Source of the DNA: Vicugna vicugna
Lineage: Eukaryota
Reading direction: 5' to 3'
Assembly: GCA_013265495.1 (NCBI GenBank)
Contig: MU058423.1
Location: 2,557,061-2,621,060, forward strand
DNA: 64,000 nucleotides
Below, piece by piece: positions 57,101 through 64,000 of the stretch (the stretch's first letter is position 1; the number at the start of each line of letters is the position of its first letter). Below the pieces are notes generated by a model. It was not told the origin of the DNA. It made no database searches and was given only the letters and a program-made list of their open reading frames with translations. Made by a program: the position numbers and the translations under genes.

Positions 57101-59814
57101 CCTACCACCCCTTTTTACTAACAGACCTTTATGTGCCTTAGCTCAGAGATCTGGATCACTGGATAGAAGATGTGAGTTTGTTAGTTTCTAAGGCACACAT
57201 CCAAAAATGATCATCTTTATTAATCACAGATTACCCCTCTGCTCCCAAACTGCCAAAAAGACTGTGTTCCCTATATCTCTATAAGCTGAGTATCTCTCAG
57301 CTGTACAAGACACTTTCTGAATAAACTTGGAGGACATCAACAAACTCCCATTTGAAATATTAATGATTTTATTGCTGCCACTGCTCTATCATAGAATTTA
57401 GAACAAGTGAGCAATCCTGAGATTGTCATTTCAACTGCTGTTTCAGGAGAACAAAAAAGGCACATAATTTTGCTTTAAGCACTGAAAATCTTTGCAGTTG
57501 AGCCATGTGATGCTTGGCTGAAAACAACATCTCCCCAAACAGGCCAACAATTAAATTATTCTTTGAACTCCTTTGAGGGGAAACAAAGCTTGTATTTATC
57601 TTGACTGGAGGTGGTGAAGTCAAGTATAGATTTAGCATTTACAATTACTAGTGAGGAAAACTCTTGGCATCCAAGATTTAGTATATAAAAGAAAGTGTCA
57701 ATTAAAATGGAAATCTGCTCCTTGCCAGAAACACACATTCACACTTAGGCTACTACTAGCAATATTGATACTGGAGAGCCATATGAGCTTGAAATACACT
57801 GGAGAATAAATTTGCAGCTGTTAAAATTGGATTCATTTAATAGTCTTTCTGATTCCTTGAAAATAAATCAACTTGGGAAAGTTACCAGAGAAATAAGAAA
57901 AACTACTCTGCCTAATGCCGATTAAAAAACATAAGTCAAAGGAAAAAAACCTGGGCAAGACTTCCTGCATCTAAGAGCTGTTCAGGGACTATCGTAAAGG
58001 GCATGCCCCAGTGATCACTAATCTATTTGCTTTAACTCAAAATAGAGGGGCTCTGAGTCTTTTTGGTGTCATGGATCCCTCTGGCAGTCTGATGAAACCT
58101 ATGGACGTCTCAGAATATTTTTAAACGCATAAAGTAAAATTCAGAGTATTACAAAGGAAACCAACGTACACAATCCAGTTCTATCTTGGAAGCTCTGAAG
58201 CCCCAGGTTGAGAATCTTTGCTACAGGTATGATCTTGTCTATTCAGCACCCAAATGTCATTTTTCCCATTTATTCCACTTTCAGGTAGGGTAGCCCCACC
58301 TCCCCTCAAATCATACCAGACTGTTTGCTTCTTTTAACTTTTCCTTGATCTTTGACTCTAGGCAGGAGTTGGTTATAGGCCAAACTATAAAAGCCCAACC
58401 CAGACTCCTCGGCTATTTATGATCAATTAGGAACTGCCAGATAGTACTAGCATGAAAACAGAGCCAGGGGACAGGTCTTTTGGTAGAACAATGTCTAGCA
58501 GAATAAAACAGGTTGTATTTTAGTTTTCTTTTTCTCTGGTAGACATCCCAACTTTTAACTGGTTATAAACAAATCTACACAAGCCACCCCACATGCACTT
58601 TGCAAAAAGTTATTTTGGAGGCTGGACAGGCAAGTAGCAGTACTTAAAAGCAAGTTCTACAACTGCTTTACTGAAGTTAGGATGTGGTTATTCACCTAAC
58701 AACGTTTTACCATCTTACAGTGTTTTCAAGCTAAAACTCTTCTTTAGCTCTCGAACCTAAAAATCTACAAAGAATAAAAATTTGAGGCCTTGGTCATTCA
58801 TTCACCTGTTGCTTAGAACAAAGTCAAAATAATTTTCTGAAGCTCTTAGCCAATGCTGGATTCTTCTCTGAGTAAAGGTAAGAGGACTTCCCCCTCCAAG
58901 TGTTCTGGATGGGCTTCCCAAAAAGGCGTTAATTCTTGCCCCAGCTTAATTGTTTGTCAGGCCCAGAGATAATTCCCAGACTTTACACTATCAGAGCTAG
59001 AGAAAAACTGCATTGATACTTCTCCTACACAATTGGCTTATTTTTATCTCGTGGACATTTTGATTATGTGCATGAAAAATTATTTGCATAAAATAGCTGC
59101 TAGAAAGCTTAAAACCAAAATCAAGCCATTTACCCTCTGTGCAGTCTGTATCTGTCTTCTTTTGCTTCATTTTAAATTTACACTATACCGCTGAATTTTA
59201 TGAGTCAGCAGAAATTCTTTTTTGAAACAAGATAGGTCAGAAACATACTCAACCCTATTTTCATGTCCTGCAATCTCAATTCTTAGAATAAGGCTAGAAG
59301 AAAATTAAAAATATTCCAGGTCCATCATTAGCACATTTATAGATAAGAAACTGAGGCCAAGGGAGATGGAGTGTCTTCATCAAGATCACAGTGCTAGAAG
59401 TAACAGAACTACAACTCTAAAACAGGTCTTCTGAATCCACAGCCAGCGGTCTTTTTATAGACACCACAATACAAACAGCCCACCATACACTATAAAGTCT
59501 AAGTCAATTTTCTCATTCTCCTAAGCTGCTTCTACTCCCATATTCTTGGTTATTTTAAAATTATGTCATCTCCAAATCACAGATATTTAACAAAGTCATC
59601 TCCAAACTAAATAAAATTGGCCTCAAAATGGAATGTGACACTAGCATAAAAAATAAATAGCTTTAAGTTTGTTTGTTGAAGGTATAACTTCCTGCTCTCA
59701 TCCTTAGAGGGCAGACTGTAATACACTTCCCGTGCACTGCATGATTAGACACTGATGACAGTAAGCCAAAGGTAAATTAGGTTCCATTCCATGTAAATCT
59801 GATGAGTTGCTTTT

Positions 59815-60100
59815 CTTTTATATAGCATGATTCCACTTACAGGAGGTATCTAAAGTAATCAAATCTATAAAGACAGAAAGAAGAATGATGGTCACCAGGG
59901 CCTGGAAGGAGAAGGGAATGGGGAGTTATTGTTTAATGGGTACAGAGTTTCAGCTGGAGGAGATGAAAAAAATTTCTAGAGATGGATGGTGGTGACAGTT
60001 GTGCAATAATGTGAAGTACTTACTACTACTGAACTATATACTTAAAAATGGTTAAAATGACGAATTTTGTGTTATATATATTTTACCACAATAAAAAATG
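59815..60100 (+). mobile_element. L1MB-like 3' end
   Basis: ATGATTCCACTTA...GGGGAGTTATTGTTTAATGGGTACAGAGTTTC...TTTTACCACAATAAAAA. Confidence 0.8.
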
Positions 60101-60350
60101 GAAAAATATATTTGGAAATGTGCTTTTATGTTTCTGTGGATTAAAAGATAAAAGCAGCACAAAAGTGCAGTCTTCAAAGCAATATAAAAGACACATTTAC
60201 TTATAACAGTTCCTACCTGATAAAAAAAAATTCACTTACATGTACCCCAAATAGCCCAAATCAGGGTGGCCCCATCCCCACAGTAAAAAAAAATAACAGC
60301 ATTCAAAACCCATTCTATACTTGGAGATGTGCCGAAGACCAAAGTGTGCC

Positions 60351-60425
60351 AGCCGTGCTGGGTAGAGAAGGTGGTGAAGGGCGAAGAGCTCTGACCTTCC
60401 ACTGCCCTCTCTACCCGACACAGCC
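60351..60425 (-). ncRNA. MIR197: pre-miR-197 hairpin (mature 3p at 60378-60357)
   Basis: Reverse complement GGCTGTGTCGGGTAGAGAGGGCAGTGGAAGGTCAGAGCTCTTCGCCCTTCACCACCTTCTCTACCCAGCACGGCT folds as a hairpin; seed UCACCAC; syntenic position between GNAT2 and GNAI3. Confidence 0.95.
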
Positions 60426-63419
60426 CCCGGAGCACAGATTCCAGGAGGCCTACAGTGTTGGGCCAGGGCTGCAAGTGTGCCAGAGCCTCTGGGGTTCCTG
60501 CCAGGTCAAAGTGTGAAGACGTCTCTGTGAGGTCAGACAGGCACACTGCAGGTTGCAGGAGAGAACTTTTCTGCCTTTTGGCCGTGGAAAAGTAACCACT
60601 AGTTTGACAAGAAAATAAAGAACTGGATTTAAATGTAAAACAAAGACTTTCTCCCCCTGCTTCACAAAATATAGAGCAATTTGCAGCTGAACTTCATTTC
60701 AGGTCTTCAAAATGAGTATGGGAAAAGTGATGCTGAGAAAAGACAGCCAGCTACAACGAATACATTCATTGGTATTGTCTTAGATTACTTTTTTTTGTGT
60801 GTGCAGTGGAGTATATTCTTGAGTATCATAAAGAATACTTACAAAACACTTAAATATGTTATTTCTATTTGATCAGAACAATAGAACATGATAGGTGGAA
60901 GGAATAATTTAGTCCATCTTAAGGTAACAGAAGAGGGATATGAGACTGAAAAGATTTCACAGCCAGCTGGAAGAGGGAGAAAGACCAGAACCCAGCATGC
61001 CAAACAACTCTCCAACCTCATAAGATGCTGAGAGGTCTCAGGCCCTTTATCCTACATAAGCAAGGATGAATAGTTAGAAAAAACAGGTAATTTCTTGTGA
61101 TTTGTTATGTATACTGGGAATCTGTCTTAAAATGTTTGGATAACACAAACGAATATGGCAAGGGGGGGTGGGGACTACAGGATAGGAGATAGATAAACCA
61201 GGTTCTACATAATTTAATACTCCAGCTTCAAAGATCTTACAGCTTAGTGAATGCTGATAAATTGAGATGGTGCACCCTAGCAGTATATTTACTAATATTT
61301 GCTTATTTCTGCTACCATTTCACTCCCTCTAGATTTCAGGAAGAAAAAACATGTACCACTGCACATAAAAGCACTTCTATGCCATGTCTGACTCCTCAAT
61401 CATTCCCTTCACCTACCCCTTCCCAAGCCCTCTCAGAAAGACTATAATTCTATAGTTTGGAGCTAGCTAGCTCTGCTCTTTATCTACCAACTGTAAATAA
61501 TTATTCATGTTATTACATAGTTACCTTTGTCAAGATTTTATCTTTACTGGTGTGTCTTTCAATTTTTACTGAATAAATAAATGGAGTGAAATAAATGAAG
61601 TAAGTATTTGAAAACCTCAAGTTTCCTGTTTTGTCTAGACTTTCTTTAAAAACTAAATACTCTGTATCTAAAATGTAAGGACATTCTTTGACCAAACTGT
61701 CCTCGTACTAATTTTTTGGGTGAAAGGCACTTTAAGTTAGGTACAAAAGGTGCTTTGTACTTTATTGGCAAAAAATAACTCAGTGGCTCACTAGTGATTT
61801 TAAGGTTGCCTACTATTTGTGCTGATCTTTAATACTGTCCATTCAGCTGTTGCCAAATGTTGCCCCAGGTTAGTTGCAGAAGAACCACCTGAGGAATTTA
61901 TTTTAAAAATATGTATTCCCAAAACCCAGCTGAGACATCTTATTTGAGTGGAGTTTAGCCAGAGAATCTGTGTATGTTAATCTTACACCTCAGGTATCTA
62001 CTGCTACATAATATTTCACATTATCTCTTATTCCTGAGAAGACTTGTCCAGCCCTAATCTGTTCTGAAGTATGCTTTCCTCAGCAGAACTTCACAAAAGG
62101 TTACTTAAAACCTAAACAAAGGTAAAGGAACAAGGATCTTGACCATCCTGGAAGTTAGTTCTCCAGCACACCTCACTTAAATCTTTTACTTCCTGATAGC
62201 TGATATCAAGACCAACTTTCAGTTACAGGCCTCTAAGCAGCCTTGGTTTCTCTTGGGCTTGGATGGTCACAGTTATGTGAAGAGCCGCAGCTGTTTCAGG
62301 GCAGATCTCTGATTTGTACTTTGAAGCCTAAAATAGAACATAAAAATTACCCGGCAGTATAGGGAAATCGCGATTAATTTTGTTCTTAAAGTCAGTATCA
62401 CATATGAAAGATTTCACAAGTAGTAAGAGTAAAGGGAATTAGTAATATTTTAGGTTTATATCAATGAGTAGAGTAGGACTGTTATTTTTTTTAACATTTG
62501 AAAGGGAAAAAAAATTAACTAAAGGAGATTTTTTTTTTTAACTGGATGAGAGACTAACTTACATGTAACTGTCAATATAGCAAGGAGCTCTGCAGCAGGA
62601 AACTCCAGAACTATGCTAAGCTAATGGATAAATATGTAAAGCAACTAGTCAGTTCAGGCAAACAGTGTCCAAAGAAAGTCACAGCTACAAATCAGAGAAC
62701 AGAGACCAGGGTATAAGAATATAAGGTGGGCAAATAAATTAGAAGAACCAGCAGTTATTTTTAAATAGTCCAAAAGGTGCATGTAACAAAACACAAACAG
62801 AATACATAAGAGAATAAAAAATAAACGAGGCAAGAAAACAGTTTTTAAAAATTTGGTCCATCTATTCTTAGAATGGAGCACCTTATGAAAAACAATCCAT
62901 CAGTATGATACACTGAGCTAGAGGTTTAGAATTCAAACTGTTCAAGATGAAAAAGTCATCTCAAGATCCACTTATGAATAACTGTAAAAGTTCTTGGAAT
63001 TTTCATGCCAGGAGGTGAAATCTGCTACAAGAATGAAAGTATAAGGTTAGGGAAGACTGGCCATTAAGGAGCAGAATACCTCCTCTTTACACATAGCCTA
63101 GTGGATGGCAATTCTACAGCCCAGGGTTTTAATCAGGTAGAGAAGATGTGACTATCAACAAAATAAAGCTATTGTTGCAGTCCTTCCTGCTGGGGTCTAT
63201 TTACTGTTCTTTATTTGTTAAAACTTAATTTTATTAAATGTGCTGATTTCTTAGATGGTCCAAAGCCTGGCCACCTGAATTCTGAAACATGATCCATCAC
63301 AAATCTCCAGTACTCTCCACTGAAAAGACACAAGGCAACTTTTCATTTCTTTGATTACAAACATCAACCGTTTTTCCTCCAGGCTAGTCAATACGATGTT
63401 TCATCCCTACATTCTGGCT

Positions 63420-64000
63420 CTGTTATAAGAAAAGACCTTTTATTTCAAAATACAATAGTGATTTGTAAGGCTCATGATCAGAATTATTTTTCAAAATTAT
63501 CGAACGCCAGCCTATCAGCCAAGAGTCAATCTCTGAGATGGATCCAGGAGATTTTAACTTAAGGCATATCTGAAAACCACTGACTGAAATTGTGTCCCTT
63601 TGTCATCAAGGAATGTGCATTTAGCTAAATTATTTGGGATGGTGGGTTAGGAGGTGATCTTCCTGTAAACACAAGACAAATGTAAATGGTGTAGAGGCAA
63701 AAAAGTGGACATCTGTGTTCAAATGAAAATACAAAATGCATTTCAAAATAAAATTAATTTTTTTGGATTATCTCTTATTTTGGGTTATCAACAACACCAT
63801 CCTATTAGCCTGGACTAGAGAAAGACTACAGTTAAAACAACATTCCACCAGTTCTCATTTCCAGATGATCCTACATTACAGAATACAATGAGAAAAAGAT
63901 ATACTCAAAACGAACAAGTAAGAACTATCAACCCTATTTACATTGTGGGCAGAAGTCAATCACCAATTGAAGCTGATAACTTTCTTTTTTTTAGATCCAG
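63420..64000 (-). other. GNAI3: Probable distal 3'UTR / polyA end of GNAI3 (AATAAA at 63439-63444); coding exons lie outside the window
   Basis: Synteny only (about 3 kb upstream of MIR197, same strand); AT-rich UTR-like sequence with a polyA signal. Confidence 0.45.

Overview
Mammalian genomic DNA, most likely camelid (Camelus/Vicugna), judged from four tRNA-derived Vic-1-type SINEs. The window is the conserved AMPD2-GNAT2-MIR197-GNAI3 block. It holds a complete AMPD2 gene on the minus strand (18 coding exons, 826 aa, plus an alternative 10-nt 'MAS' first coding exon), arranged head-to-head across a CpG island with a complete GNAT2 cone transducin alpha gene on the plus strand (8 coding exons, 354 aa). 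Further right lie pre-miR-197 (minus) and, probably, the 3' end of the GNAI3 3'UTR. The first ~30 kb contain no recognisable genes and are rich in repeats: L1, decayed ERV pol/gag remnants, LTRs, DNA transposons, SINEs and a 3'-truncated U2 retrocopy. I found no convincing new biological system. The best second-look items are a dual-frame AMPD2 exon, the lack of the long human AMPD2 N-terminal ORF, a mature miR-197 variant, a G-rich minisatellite beside an AMPD2 splice donor, and LTR/CTCF regulatory candidates. Comparisons with human sequences and repeat family names are from memory and need an alignment to confirm.
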